From Coraliomargarita sp. CAG:312 (GTDB taxonomy: Bacteria > Verrucomicrobiota > Verrucomicrobiia > Opitutales > Intestinicryptomonadaceae), in NCBI GenBank assembly GCA_000438015.1, contig FR901603.1, forward strand, positions 5,687 through 62,670: a stretch of 56,984 bases of DNA, read 5' to 3'. The stretch's first letter is position 1, and the number at the start of each line of letters is the position of its first letter. Position numbers and translations under genes: made by a program. The notes beneath the pieces are model-generated. The model saw only the letters and a list, made by a program, of their open reading frames with translations. It searched no databases and was not told where the DNA came from. Positions 39,150 through 49,189 of this stretch are shown one piece after another.

Positions 39150-40070
39150 ATGAAAAGGTTGTTTTTTATTGGGTGCGCGGTATGCGCGCTCATATTTTCG
39201 GGGTGTGCGTCTTTTAAGTCTGACGAAATTCTTTTGAATGTTGCAACGTTCAATATGCGCTGCGACTTGGAGGGAAATAAAATTTGGAAAGGCGCATGGA
39301 ATTTGCGAAAGGCAATGATTGCGCAGATGCTGCTGGAGCGCGATATGGATATTGTGGCTTCGCAGGAGCTTTATGTCCACCAGATGGACGACCTGAAAAA
39401 GGAGCTTGCCGGGAAGTATGACTATGTTGAAACGCAGTCTCTCTTGGCTTTTGATCCCAAATTGATAGACGGCAGAAACAGGCCCGCCGCCGACGATTGC
39501 GAAATAAGAATGCATAATGCGATTTGGTATAAGGCGTCGAGGTTTTCGGTTCTGGAAAAGGGGTCTTTTTATCTTTCCTCCACTCCGGAAAAAATGTCAT
39601 TTGGTTTTGAGCCAAACGCCCAGTGCCGGCGCTGCGTATGGGCAAAATTTGAGGAATTGGCTTCCGGAAAAGTCTTTTACGTTTTTAACGTCCACTCGGA
39701 TTGGGAAAACAGAAAAAGCCGTGTGGCGTCAAACGATTTAATTATGCGCAAGATATCCGATATTGCGGGGGGAGAAACTGTCTTTTTAGCCGGGGACTTT
39801 AATGACGGGACATCTGAGAGCGCCAATATGTTTAAAGACATTGGAAGATTTTTCGATTCCCGCGAAATATCCAAAAGCGATCCATATGGACCGTACGCCA
39901 CTTTCCATAATTGGGGAACGAACGATATGAAAAATCCCGAAAATAGGCTCGATTACATATTCGTAAAAGGGAAGATACGAGTTCTTTCATACGGGGTTTT
40001 AAGCGATACAAACGGGGTAATATACCCTTCAGACCACTATCCCATTCTCATAAAAACGGAGGTCAAATAA
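39150..40070 (+). CDS. Endonuclease/exonuclease/phosphatase (EEP) family lipoprotein
   Basis: Lipobox FSG-C; ATFNMR, SQE, FNVH, AGDFN, RLDYIF and PSDHYP motifs. Confidence 0.92.
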   Translation: MKRLFFIGCAVCALIFSGCASFKSDEILLNVATFNMRCDLEGNKIWKGAWNLRKAMIAQMLLERDMDIVASQELYVHQMDDLKKELAGKYDYVETQSLLAFDPKLIDGRNRPAADDCEIRMHNAIWYKASRFSVLEKGSFYLSSTPEKMSFGFEPNAQCRRCVWAKFEELASGKVFYVFNVHSDWENRKSRVASNDLIMRKISDIAGGETVFLAGDFNDGTSESANMFKDIGRFFDSREISKSDPYGPYATFHNWGTNDMKNPENRLDYIFVKGKIRVLSYGVLSDTNGVIYPSDHYPILIKTEVK

Positions 40071-40130
40071 ATTAATAGGGGAGGGCAATGGATGCATTGC
40101 CGCGGGCTCCGCTGCATTTTTTGTATTTCT

Positions 40131-40640
40131 TTAAGATATCTGGTCGGAAAAAAGCGACGGCGATAGCAGGAAATCCAGAGTCCAAGTTCCGTAGTCGTTA
40201 AATTGCGACGGAGGCTCTATTAAAGTTAGAGCCGCCAAGGAACATTTTTTAAAAATGGTTCTGCCGCCGTCCTTTTGTCCATAGATCAGCAGGTCGCACA
40301 GATTTTCCAAAATAGGGTTGTGGGAAACCACAACAAGGTCTCCGCCAAAACACGATACTGATGCTATCATTCTGGCCGCATCGCGGGGATTGTCGTTTGG
40401 TGTTATATTTCCAGTTTCAGACAAAGGCGCGCCCAATAGCATTTGCTCTTTAAAAATTTGAGCCGTTTCAACGGCGCGCAAATACGGGCTGTGCCAAATC
40501 TGGACGACATTGCCGAAGTTGTTCTTGTCGAGATAACGGCATAGCTTTTTTACTTGATTTCTGCCCTTTGGGGTGAGCGTTCGTTCCGAGTCGGGCCAGA
40601 TGTCGTTTGCTTGTGCGTGTCGCAGGAGGAAAAGTCTCAT
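40131..40640 (-). CDS. sixA: Phosphohistidine phosphatase
   Basis: LLRHAQA, RTLTPKG, SPYLRAVETA and VSHNP motifs. Confidence 0.9.
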   Translation of the reverse strand: MRLFLLRHAQANDIWPDSERTLTPKGRNQVKKLCRYLDKNNFGNVVQIWHSPYLRAVETAQIFKEQMLLGAPLSETGNITPNDNPRDAARMIASVSCFGGDLVVVSHNPILENLCDLLIYGQKDGGRTIFKKCSLAALTLIEPPSQFNDYGTWTLDFLLSPSLFSDQIS

Positions 40641-40673
40641 TTTTTTGCAGTAAAAGTATTTCCGCCGGATTTG

Positions 40674-42011
40674 TCAAACAGTTTTAGAATACCGTATATT
40701 GTCGGATAATCTTGCGTCGAAGAGCATTGCTATGTTGCGCAAGAACAGCCTGCCGGTTTTTGTGACTTCAAATCCATCGCCGCGCATTTCCACCAGGCCG
40801 TCGTCGCGCATTGCTTCCAAATGCGGGAATGCGTCTTTAAACTTGGCTTTGAAATCCACTCCGTAGCGGTTATAAGAAACCTTTAGCGAACACATTATGT
40901 CCATTATTATTCCGCGCCTTAGAATGTCTTCCCCGTCTAGAATTATACCACGCTCTATCGGGATAATGCCGGATTTTATTGATTTCTCATAGGCAGGCAT
41001 AGACTTGAAATTTTGGCGGTAGGAAATTTTTGTCTCTGATATTGATGTGAGCCCAACGGCAAAAGTGTCCAATCCAGCATGCGTTGAATAACCTTGGAAG
41101 TTGCGGTGCAGCGTGCCGTTTTGCCGCGCCTGCATAAGGGGATCAGAAGGTTTTGCGAAGTGGTCCAACCCAACAAATTCAAATCCATTTTCCTCAAATT
41201 GGCGTTTCGCGGACAGAAAAATCTCAACCTTTTCATCGGAATTTGGGAGGGGATTCCTTTCGAGGTTTTTTTGAGAAGGTTTCATCCAAGGGACATGCGC
41301 ATATCCGAATAACGCTATTCTTGTTGGGCTCAATGAAAGCGCGTCAGATACGGTTTTTGCAAAAGTTTTGGGTGTTTGGAGGGGAAGGCCGTAGATTAAA
41401 TCGCAATTTATATTTTCGATTCCCGCGCCGCGCAGCCATTCGAATGCTGCTTCGTTCATGGATTGCGGCTGAATTCTGTGTATTGCCTCCTGGGTGTCCC
41501 TGTTTGTGTCCTGTATGCCTATTGACGCGCGGTTTACGCCGATTTTTGCAAAAGCTTTGACTTTGTCCTCCGTGAGGGTGCGCGGATCAAGCTCTGCGGA
41601 AAATTCGCAGTTTTCCGATACCGAAAAATATTTTCTTATTATTTCTCCTAGCTGCAAGATTTGCTCGCATTCCAGAAAATTTGGAGTTCCTCCGCCAAAA
41701 TGGATTTGCTCTAGGGCGCGCCTCGACAATCCGTTGTCTCGCCACAATTCAAGTTCAGCTTTTATTAGGGCAAGGTACGCGTCGACTTGCGCCGCGTCGT
41801 TGCATACGCTTGATGTGCATCCGCAAAACCAGCACAGGCTTTTGCAGAACGGAATGTGTATGTAAAGAGACAGCGGATACGGATGGCGCACGGCGTAATC
41901 CGCCAGTAAATTTTTGTCCGTTTCCGGCGAAAAGTGAGGAGCGGTAGGATACGAAGTGTACCGCGGGCCATTGGTCGCATATTTTGATATGAGTTCTTTT
42001 AAGTTTTGCAT
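40674..42011 (-). CDS. hemN: Oxygen-independent coproporphyrinogen III dehydrogenase
   Basis: GPRYTSYPTA, LYIHIPFCKSLCWFCGC, HFGGGTP and LHRNFQGYST motifs. Confidence 0.96.
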   Translation of the reverse strand: MQNLKELISKYATNGPRYTSYPTAPHFSPETDKNLLADYAVRHPYPLSLYIHIPFCKSLCWFCGCTSSVCNDAAQVDAYLALIKAELELWRDNGLSRRALEQIHFGGGTPNFLECEQILQLGEIIRKYFSVSENCEFSAELDPRTLTEDKVKAFAKIGVNRASIGIQDTNRDTQEAIHRIQPQSMNEAAFEWLRGAGIENINCDLIYGLPLQTPKTFAKTVSDALSLSPTRIALFGYAHVPWMKPSQKNLERNPLPNSDEKVEIFLSAKRQFEENGFEFVGLDHFAKPSDPLMQARQNGTLHRNFQGYSTHAGLDTFAVGLTSISETKISYRQNFKSMPAYEKSIKSGIIPIERGIILDGEDILRRGIIMDIMCSLKVSYNRYGVDFKAKFKDAFPHLEAMRDDGLVEMRGDGFEVTKTGRLFLRNIAMLFDARLSDNIRYSKTV

Positions 42012-42012
42012 T

Positions 42013-43072
42013 TTAGGCTTTAAAGTTTTTTACGGTTTCGCACATGGCCTCGACATTTTCCAATTTAGCGTCTGGGCGTATTCCGTGCCCTAGGTTGAAA
42101 ATATGCTTTCCAGAAGATTGCATGTCGCTGATTATATCGAATGTTTTTTTTGCAGCAGCTTCCGCGGAATCCTCGGAAAGAACTGACGCAGGCAGGTTGC
42201 CTTGCAGGCAAAATCCAGGCCCATATTTTTCCATTATTTCAGAGAGGCGCGCCGACGAGTCCAAGGAATATGCGTCCGCGCCCAAATCGGCAACCTCCTC
42301 AAAGCGCCCCGACATGGCGTTTGCGAATACGATAGATTTTGTCTTTCCTTTCAAGCGCTTCAATATGGGTTTTATCCATTTTCCTGACAGATTTTTATAT
42401 TCCCCGATTGGAGCGGCTGCCATATCCCCCGATTGGAGCGGCTGCCGCGTGAGAGTCGAATATCTGAAATGCGTCTATCCCGCATTCTGCCTGCATTTGG
42501 GCGTATTCCGAAACCGCGCGCTCCAGGGCCGACAGGAGCTTCTCCAGCAGATCCGGAGCTTCCTGCATTAGTTTTTTAAATCGCGGGAAGCCTGCGGAGC
42601 TTTCGCCTTCAACCATATACGCGGCAATCGTAAACGGAGAGCCTGCAAATCCCAATACGGCGTTGTCTGGAAGTTCCCTGCGCAGCAATCGGAGATTTTC
42701 GGCAACGTACGAAAGCCGCTCGCGCACGCGCGGAATGTTTTTTTCGATTTCGGAGACATCGGATTGGCTCTCTATTCTTCCTTGCATTAGTATGCCGCCT
42801 GCCTCTTTAAAATTGTATGGAAGCCCAAGGGCTTCGGATATTACCAATATGTCAGAAAAAAGGATTGAGCAGTCGAATCCGAATCTGCGCATCGGCTGCA
42901 GCGCGGCCTCAACTCCCAATTCTGGCGTCTTTACGATTTCAAGAAAGGAGTATTTTGACTTTAATTGCCGGTATTCAGGCAGGTAGCGGCCCGCTTGTCT
43001 CATCATCCAAAAAGGCGGCCTCGCATTCTTTTTGCCTTCAAAAACGGATATAAAAAGTTCTCTTGAATTCAT
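42013..43072 (-). pseudogene. hemE: Uroporphyrinogen decarboxylase, frameshifted into two ORFs by a 25-bp tandem duplication
   Basis: The N-half has WMMRQAGRYLPEY, ILFSDIL and QIFDS. The C-half has LQGNL and HIFNLGHGI. Removing one repeat copy gives a single 344-aa ORF. Confidence 0.9.
42397..42446. repeat. 25-bp tandem direct repeat, 2 copies, 1 mismatch
   Basis: ATATTCCCCGATTGGAGCGGCTGCC (42397-42421) and ATATCCCCCGATTGGAGCGGCTGCC (42422-42446). Confidence 0.97.
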
Positions 43073-44643
43073 TTTTTTGCCTTTATTTTGCCTAATTTTT
43101 TTAGAGCCAGGTTTGCTATTCCGTCGAGCCTGTCAAATTTTAAGAGCTTGAGCGCGCAAAAGTATATTGCTGCTGCAATAGGTATTACAAGCGCGCATGC
43201 GGTTGCCGAAACCAACTTTTCGTCGTCCAAAAATGCGTACAGGGCAAATCGTGCAGCAAGGACAAAAATTCCCATGGCTGCCGACGCGGCTATTATTTTT
43301 GCCATATCCATGCCGGTTTTAAAATTTCCGTAGTCTGACTTTATCTTTCTGTTTAGCAGAACCGACTGCGCAAGTGCCGCAACCACATTTGCCGCGGCAA
43401 GCCCCGCGGCCCCGAATTTGTTCATTAATATTAAAGACGCTGCGAAATTCACCGCGAACGAAACCGCCGAGGTTTTAACCGGAGTGCGCATGTCTTTCAA
43501 TGCGTGGAACCCTCGGGTGGCGAACCCCACAAAGGCGAAGGCGGGCAATCCCAATATGCTTACGGAAAGCACCGGAACGCAGAGAGAGACATCGCGCGCG
43601 TTGAACATTCCCCATTGAAACAGAAGCGATATTATTTCGCGGCTGAGCAGGGCAATTCCTACCGTTGCGGGAATGGAAATGCACATTGTAAAAACTAGCC
43701 CGTTGGAATATTCCGCCTTAAATGAGTCTATCTTTTCCGGAGAGTTGAGCTTTGAAAGTTTTGGAAAGTAAACAGTGGCTATTGCAACGGCAAAAACTCC
43801 GAGGGGAAACTCTAGGATTCTTCCGGATAGATACACAGAAGGCAGGGCAGCATCATTTATAAACAGAGCCAATATTTTTGAAACGAAAATATTGAGCTGG
43901 ATTATTGCCGCTCCCAAAAGCGCGGGTAAGAAAAGTTTGTATAGGTCGTTTAATGCATCCGATTTCCCGAAGTTCGGATGGAATTTCCATCCTTTTTTGT
44001 GCAGCCAGTAAGCCGGAAGCGCCGCTTGGAGAAGTCCGCCTACAAGCCACGAAGCGCACATTGAGTATGCCAATGCCGACTTGTCTTCTCCGAATGCCCA
44101 AACGCCCGCAAAAAGCCCCCCGATGATGGATATGTTCAAGAGCATCGGCCCGACAGACGGGACACCGAATGATCCCAACACGTTTAAAGCCGCCGAGAAA
44201 ACTGCGGCAATGCAGATTAGAAGCATGTACGGAAGCAGTATTATCGAGAACTTTGCCCCCAATTCAAAACGCTGCTGAAGTTCCGGCGAAAATGCCAAGA
44301 ATGCCGCGCACAATAAAATCCCTGCTGCCACCAATACGGACAGAAGCGCAAATGCGCGCGTTAGAACTTTGTTTAGAAAATCGAACGCCGCTTCTTTTCC
44401 GTCGTCGTTTAGCGTTTTTGTGAAAACAGGTACAAGAGCCGAAATCAAAGCGCCCTCTCCTAGCAGCCTTCTAAAAAGATTCGGAAGGGTGAAGGCGAAA
44501 GTGTAAGCCGCGCTTACGGCTCCGATGCTCAAATATGCCATAGTGGCAGCGTCTCTTAAAAGTCCGAGCGCGCGCGAACCTATCGTGGCCGACGAAATCT
44601 TTGCTATGTCTTTTAATACCTTGCCCACTTGCAGAACTTTCAA
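43069..44643 (-). CDS. murJ: Lipid II flippase MurJ (MviN)
   Basis: SRALGLLRD, FTLPNLFRRLLGEGA, RILEFPLGVF and DMRTPV motifs. The true start may be GTG at 44628. Confidence 0.95.
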   Translation of the reverse strand: MKVLQVGKVLKDIAKISSATIGSRALGLLRDAATMAYLSIGAVSAAYTFAFTLPNLFRRLLGEGALISALVPVFTKTLNDDGKEAAFDFLNKVLTRAFALLSVLVAAGILLCAAFLAFSPELQQRFELGAKFSIILLPYMLLICIAAVFSAALNVLGSFGVPSVGPMLLNISIIGGLFAGVWAFGEDKSALAYSMCASWLVGGLLQAALPAYWLHKKGWKFHPNFGKSDALNDLYKLFLPALLGAAIIQLNIFVSKILALFINDAALPSVYLSGRILEFPLGVFAVAIATVYFPKLSKLNSPEKIDSFKAEYSNGLVFTMCISIPATVGIALLSREIISLLFQWGMFNARDVSLCVPVLSVSILGLPAFAFVGFATRGFHALKDMRTPVKTSAVSFAVNFAASLILMNKFGAAGLAAANVVAALAQSVLLNRKIKSDYGNFKTGMDMAKIIAASAAMGIFVLAARFALYAFLDDEKLVSATACALVIPIAAAIYFCALKLLKFDRLDGIANLALKKLGKIKAKK

Positions 44644-44903
44644 AATAGACAGGATGCCTAGGCGATGGCATTTGTCAAATTAACTTAGAGCAAAATTAGC
44701 CGAAATTTATCGGGTCTTTTATTTTCCAACTGCGTGAGATGGAGTCGGCTTTTATAAGTTGCGACTAAAATCATTGCCTATGCCTAGGTTTGGAAGGGGG
44801 GATATAAACGGATTTTAGCTTGCCCTCTGAACTTTTCTAAAAAATGAAGGCGCGCCCTTCTTTCCGAGTTTGATTCCCCCGCGACTCTTTGTCAGGGTTG
44901 GAT

Positions 44904-46310
44904 TTAGCCCTGTTTCTCGTGCGACTGGGAAAGCTTGCGGTGTATGGTCCTACGGCTTATTCCTAGAAGTTCGGCTGCTTTGCTTTTGTTGCCGTTTGCG
45001 GTTTCCAAAGCTTTCTTTATCAGTTCCGCCTCGTTTTCGCTCTTGAGCAGAGATGGCTGTTGTGCCGCGGAGCCTTCGCCGTTTTTGGGGGCGGGGCGGC
45101 TTTTGAATTTTGCGTCCAAATCCTTTGCGTATAGCTTGCGGTGTGGGCTCATTACGACTATGTTTTCGCAGAAATTTCGCAGTTCTCTGATATTTCCACC
45201 CCAGTAATAGTTGCGCAGCACTTCGAGGGCGTCGGGCATAAGCTCGACTTCCGGGGTCTCATTTTCAACGGCGTAGAACTTTATATAGCTTTTGAGCAGC
45301 GGCTCTATGTCTTCGGGATGCTTTCTCAACGGCGGAATATTTATTTCCACTACGTTTAATCTATAATATAGATCTTCGCGGAATTCGTTTGACTCGGACA
45401 TCTTTTTTAAATCGCGGTTTGTGGCGCAAATTATTCTGACATCCACAGAAATATTTTGCGTGCTTCCGAGCCGCTCAAAGCTTTTTGTCTCGAGAAACCT
45501 CAATAGTTTAACTTGCGTTTGGGCGTCGATTTCGCCTATTTCGTCCAGAAAAATTGTCCCTTTGTCGGCGGCTTCAAACCTTCCGATTCTCCTCTGGGAA
45601 GCTCCTGTAAAAGCGCCTTTTTCATATCCGAAAAGTTCGCTTTCCAGCAGGTTTGCCGGAATTGCAGCGCAATGCACGGCAATCATTGGAGCGTTTTTGC
45701 GGGGGGAGCAATTATGTATTAGATGGGCTATCAGCTCTTTCCCGGTTCCGGTTTCCCCAGTAAGCATAACGGTTGCCTTTGAATGGGCAACCTGCTTGGC
45801 TTGTTCTATCACCTTGCGCATTGCCGGGCTTGACGCGATAATATTGTTTTCATCTACATTAACGCCTTTGGTGATTGCCGGAGGGGCGGGAATATGGCCG
45901 TTTTCGCGCAGGGTTTGGGATTTTTTTATTTCGTCTTCGGCGCGCTGTTTCTCGCGTTTGGATAATGACTGCCTTAAAATGTTTTCGAGCTTTTCGACAT
46001 CTACGGGTTTTGACAGGAAATCGCTTGCGCCGCGTTTCATAGCCTCTACCGCCATTTCGACATTTCCGTAGGCGGTAAGCATTATGCATACTGGCTTATA
46101 CGGCAGGGAAACGGCTTTGTCTATAACGCTTAATCCGGATTTTCCAGCCATCCGCAAATCAGTTATTACCGCGTCGAAAATCTCGGCGTCGAGCATTTTT
46201 ATGGCTTCGTCGGCATTGGAGGCGGCGAAGACATCGTAATTGTCGGCAAGCACGGCGGCTAGCCCGTCGCGCGTGTGCTTCTCGTCATCGACTACAAGTA
46301 CGCTTTGCAT
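44904..46310 (-). CDS. Sigma54-dependent response regulator (NtrC family: REC, AAA+, Fis HTH)
   Basis: VVDDE, TDLRM, GETGTGKE, ESELFG, GAFTGA, FLDEIGE and GNIRELRN motifs, with a C-terminal HTH. Confidence 0.95.
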   Translation of the reverse strand: MQSVLVVDDEKHTRDGLAAVLADNYDVFAASNADEAIKMLDAEIFDAVITDLRMAGKSGLSVIDKAVSLPYKPVCIMLTAYGNVEMAVEAMKRGASDFLSKPVDVEKLENILRQSLSKREKQRAEDEIKKSQTLRENGHIPAPPAITKGVNVDENNIIASSPAMRKVIEQAKQVAHSKATVMLTGETGTGKELIAHLIHNCSPRKNAPMIAVHCAAIPANLLESELFGYEKGAFTGASQRRIGRFEAADKGTIFLDEIGEIDAQTQVKLLRFLETKSFERLGSTQNISVDVRIICATNRDLKKMSESNEFREDLYYRLNVVEINIPPLRKHPEDIEPLLKSYIKFYAVENETPEVELMPDALEVLRNYYWGGNIRELRNFCENIVVMSPHRKLYAKDLDAKFKSRPAPKNGEGSAAQQPSLLKSENEAELIKKALETANGNKSKAAELLGISRRTIHRKLSQSHEKQG

Positions 46311-46843
46311 CAGTCCAATGATATTAAGACAATCGTTTTGTCGGACACAACATCAAAAAGCTCGGAAACGTCTTTATTTTTCATAAGGACGCATCCGTGG
46401 CTGTTTGGCGTTCCTATTTTGTCTTCCTGGTTTGTCCCGTGTATGTAAACATAGCGCTCGTACGTGTCAACGCTTCCGCCCGAGTTTACGCCGTCTTCAA
46501 GCCCGCGCAAGCGCATTATGCGCGCGGTAATGAGGTTTTTTCTTAGTTCTTCAGGAGATTGTTCTGAAAGCAGGCCGTCGGGCTTCCTTCCCCTGAATAC
46601 TGTTGCGAGTGGTTCTCCTCCGCCTATTTTGCCGTCTATCATGTGGAGCCCGGTCGGAGTTCCCAAAGAATCTTTAATGCACGACGGCGCTTTGCGCGAT
46701 GTTGAAACGGGATAGGTCTTTTCCAGCGAGTTTCCGGAAAAAAGAAAAAGTTTTTGCTCGCCAATCGACACATAAATTGAATAATGGGTCGGTATTATTT
46801 TTAGGCCGGCACAGGCTTTTAATATTTTATCATAAAATTTCAT
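46310..46843 (-). CDS. L,D-transpeptidase (YkuD) family protein
   Basis: YPVSTS, GTPTG and YIHGT...SHGCV (catalytic His/Cys). Its stop overlaps the regulator ATG. Confidence 0.9.
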   Translation of the reverse strand: MKFYDKILKACAGLKIIPTHYSIYVSIGEQKLFLFSGNSLEKTYPVSTSRKAPSCIKDSLGTPTGLHMIDGKIGGGEPLATVFRGRKPDGLLSEQSPEELRKNLITARIMRLRGLEDGVNSGGSVDTYERYVYIHGTNQEDKIGTPNSHGCVLMKNKDVSELFDVVSDKTIVLISLD

Positions 46844-46852
46844 CGCAATCAA

Positions 46853-47869
46853 ATGGCTAAGAAATATAAAGTAGGCATTGTAGGCGCCACCGGAGCGGTA
46901 GGCGGCGAACTATTGGATTTATTATTTTCAAGAAACTTTCCCATGGAGTCTCTGACACTTTTGGCGTCGTCGCGTTCTGCGGGAAAAGAAATCAAGTACG
47001 AAGATAAAACATTTATCGTCCAAGAAGCCAAGCCTGAAAGTTTTGAAAATCTCGATATAGCGATTTTTTCTGCCGGCGGCACTCCGTCAAAAATGCTTGT
47101 TCCCGAGGCTGCAAAGCGCGGTTGCATTGCCATAGACAACAGTTCTGCGTTTAGAATGGATCCAGATGTTCCGCTGATAGTTCCGGAGGTGAATCCGCAT
47201 GCAATAAAATCGCATAAGAATATAATAGCCAACCCCAATTGCACTACCGCTATTTCCCTTATGGCTCTTTGTCCGTTGCACCGCGAATTTGGGCTAAAGA
47301 GGTTTTTTGCATCTACATACCAGGCAGTTTCCGGTACGGGAGTGGCCGCCATGCAGGAGTTGGATAATCAAGTAAAAGAGTATGCCGAGGGCAAACCGCT
47401 GGAGGTTAAAGTCTATCCGTATCAAATAGCTTTCAATGTAATTCCGCATGTTGACGTGTTCCTAGAAACGGGATACACCAAGGAAGAGATGAAGATGCTT
47501 AACGAAACCCGCAAGATTCTTGAGCTTCCAAGTGTCCAGTGTTCAACTACTTGCGTGCGCGTGCCTGTAATGCGCGCCCACAGCGTTTCAATAAACGCAG
47601 AGTTTGAAAAGCCTGTTTCAGTGGAGCGCGCGCGCGAAGTTATTGCGGAATTCCCAGGCGCTGAATTGAACGACGATGTTGAAAACAAGAAATATCCAAT
47701 GCCAGTATTCTATCAGAAAAAGGTAAAGTGCGGAGTTGGAAGAATACGCAAAGACTTAGTTTTCGACAACGGGCTTGCATTTTGGGTTTCTGGAGACCAG
47801 CTCTGGAAAGGCGCTGCTCTAAATGCGGTTCAAATTGCGGAACTTATTGCCGCTGAAGACAATAAATAA
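46853..47869 (+). CDS. asd: Aspartate-semialdehyde dehydrogenase
   Basis: VGATGAVG, IDNSSAFR, ANPNCTT, TYQAVSG, CVRVPV and KGAALNAVQIAE motifs. Confidence 0.97.
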   Translation: MAKKYKVGIVGATGAVGGELLDLLFSRNFPMESLTLLASSRSAGKEIKYEDKTFIVQEAKPESFENLDIAIFSAGGTPSKMLVPEAAKRGCIAIDNSSAFRMDPDVPLIVPEVNPHAIKSHKNIIANPNCTTAISLMALCPLHREFGLKRFFASTYQAVSGTGVAAMQELDNQVKEYAEGKPLEVKVYPYQIAFNVIPHVDVFLETGYTKEEMKMLNETRKILELPSVQCSTTCVRVPVMRAHSVSINAEFEKPVSVERAREVIAEFPGAELNDDVENKKYPMPVFYQKKVKCGVGRIRKDLVFDNGLAFWVSGDQLWKGAALNAVQIAELIAAEDNK

Positions 47870-48008
47870 TTTAAACTATTCCTGTGTTTTTTTTATTTTG
47901 TCGGGCGTGTAAATTTAGATTTGCGAACCTAACGCATTATTTAAAAATTTAAGGAAAATAGTCTTTACAAAATCAAAATAAAAATTACTCTCAAACCCCA
48001 ATCAATAT

Positions 48009-48842
48009 ATGAATATGAAAAAACTATCAATCGTCGCAGTCTCTTTGCTTTTGGCAGGCGCATCAGCGTTTGCGTGGAGCAAGAAAAGTGAAAATACGGG
48101 AAATTTGGGTCGCATGTACATCAGTATCTCTGGTGCTGTCGATTCTAGTAAAGCGGACTTGAAAGTCCCAACTAACATCGCTCCTGTTGGCGGCGATATG
48201 AAGTCAACTCCCACCGGCGCATACGGGCAATTTATGATAAATGCGCCTATATTTAAACCCGGCATAAATGCTTTCCGCAATATAAAATGGGCAGGCGTTG
48301 ACGGACAAATTTTCTTCAATTACGACTATTCCGGAGATTACAAGGCATCCTGGACGTCAGGCGGCGCAAAGACTGCCACGATATCGAGGTCGCAATACGG
48401 CATTTTTGCCGGCCTTACCCCTTATCTCAACTTTGAGACAAACCTTCCTTTCTTGAAGGCTGTTAAGCCTTTCGCAAACGGCTATGCAGGATATTTATGG
48501 TCGGATTATGACGCGACAATCGCGGGCGCAGATTTTGGTTCCAGCAATAATTATTTTGCTTATGGAGTCGGCGCGGGCGTCGAGTTTGTAATCATTGACG
48601 AACTTTCATTTACTCCGATGTGGCAGTGGAACGGCAATGCCGAAAGCGGCATTCCTTGCTACCAGACTGTAAGCGCTGAGCTCGCTTATTGGATGACTGA
48701 CCAGTTCTGTGTAAGCCTCTTCTGGATTCACAACTTTGGCGGAGAATACGGCATTGGTTCATCCGGTTCTTCAAGTTATTCTCTCGACGTAAAACACGGC
48801 GATATTATTGGCGCGAAGTTTAAGATTGGTTTTCTGCGCTAA
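48009..48842 (+). CDS. Putative outer-membrane beta-barrel protein
   Basis: Signal peptide ending ASAFA. Aromatic-rich amphipathic strands (YGVGAGVEF, IGAKFKIGF). Confidence 0.75.
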   Translation: MNMKKLSIVAVSLLLAGASAFAWSKKSENTGNLGRMYISISGAVDSSKADLKVPTNIAPVGGDMKSTPTGAYGQFMINAPIFKPGINAFRNIKWAGVDGQIFFNYDYSGDYKASWTSGGAKTATISRSQYGIFAGLTPYLNFETNLPFLKAVKPFANGYAGYLWSDYDATIAGADFGSSNNYFAYGVGAGVEFVIIDELSFTPMWQWNGNAESGIPCYQTVSAELAYWMTDQFCVSLFWIHNFGGEYGIGSSGSSSYSLDVKHGDIIGAKFKIGFLR

Positions 48843-48862
48843 TTAAAAATTTTGGCGACGAT

Positions 48863-48894
48863 AAAGACCGGTTTCTAACCGGTCTTTTTTTTTT
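48863..48894 (+). terminator. Rho-independent terminator
   Basis: AAAGACCGGTT-TCT-AACCGGTCTTT followed by a long T tract. Confidence 0.85.
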
Positions 48895-49189
48895 GCATAC
48901 ATTTATTTCTTGTCTGCTTATTTAACTTCAGAAGCTATTTTGCATTATTGCGTTAAAGGCGCATATTTTTCTAATTGCCGAAAAAAAACGGCGATTTTGG
49001 CATTATTATTTTTTTTACCGGCTTTTTATGGCCAGCGCTGTTTTTTTGTGAGGTGAAAATTTTTGTTTTGGCAATGCGGGGTTGGATTAAATCTAAAAAA
49101 AGTTTTAACTATTTTGATATTTTTTCCTAAAACTTTTTTTTATAATTGAACGTACGATTCTTGCCTATACTTTCTTTTGCGTTGGAAAT

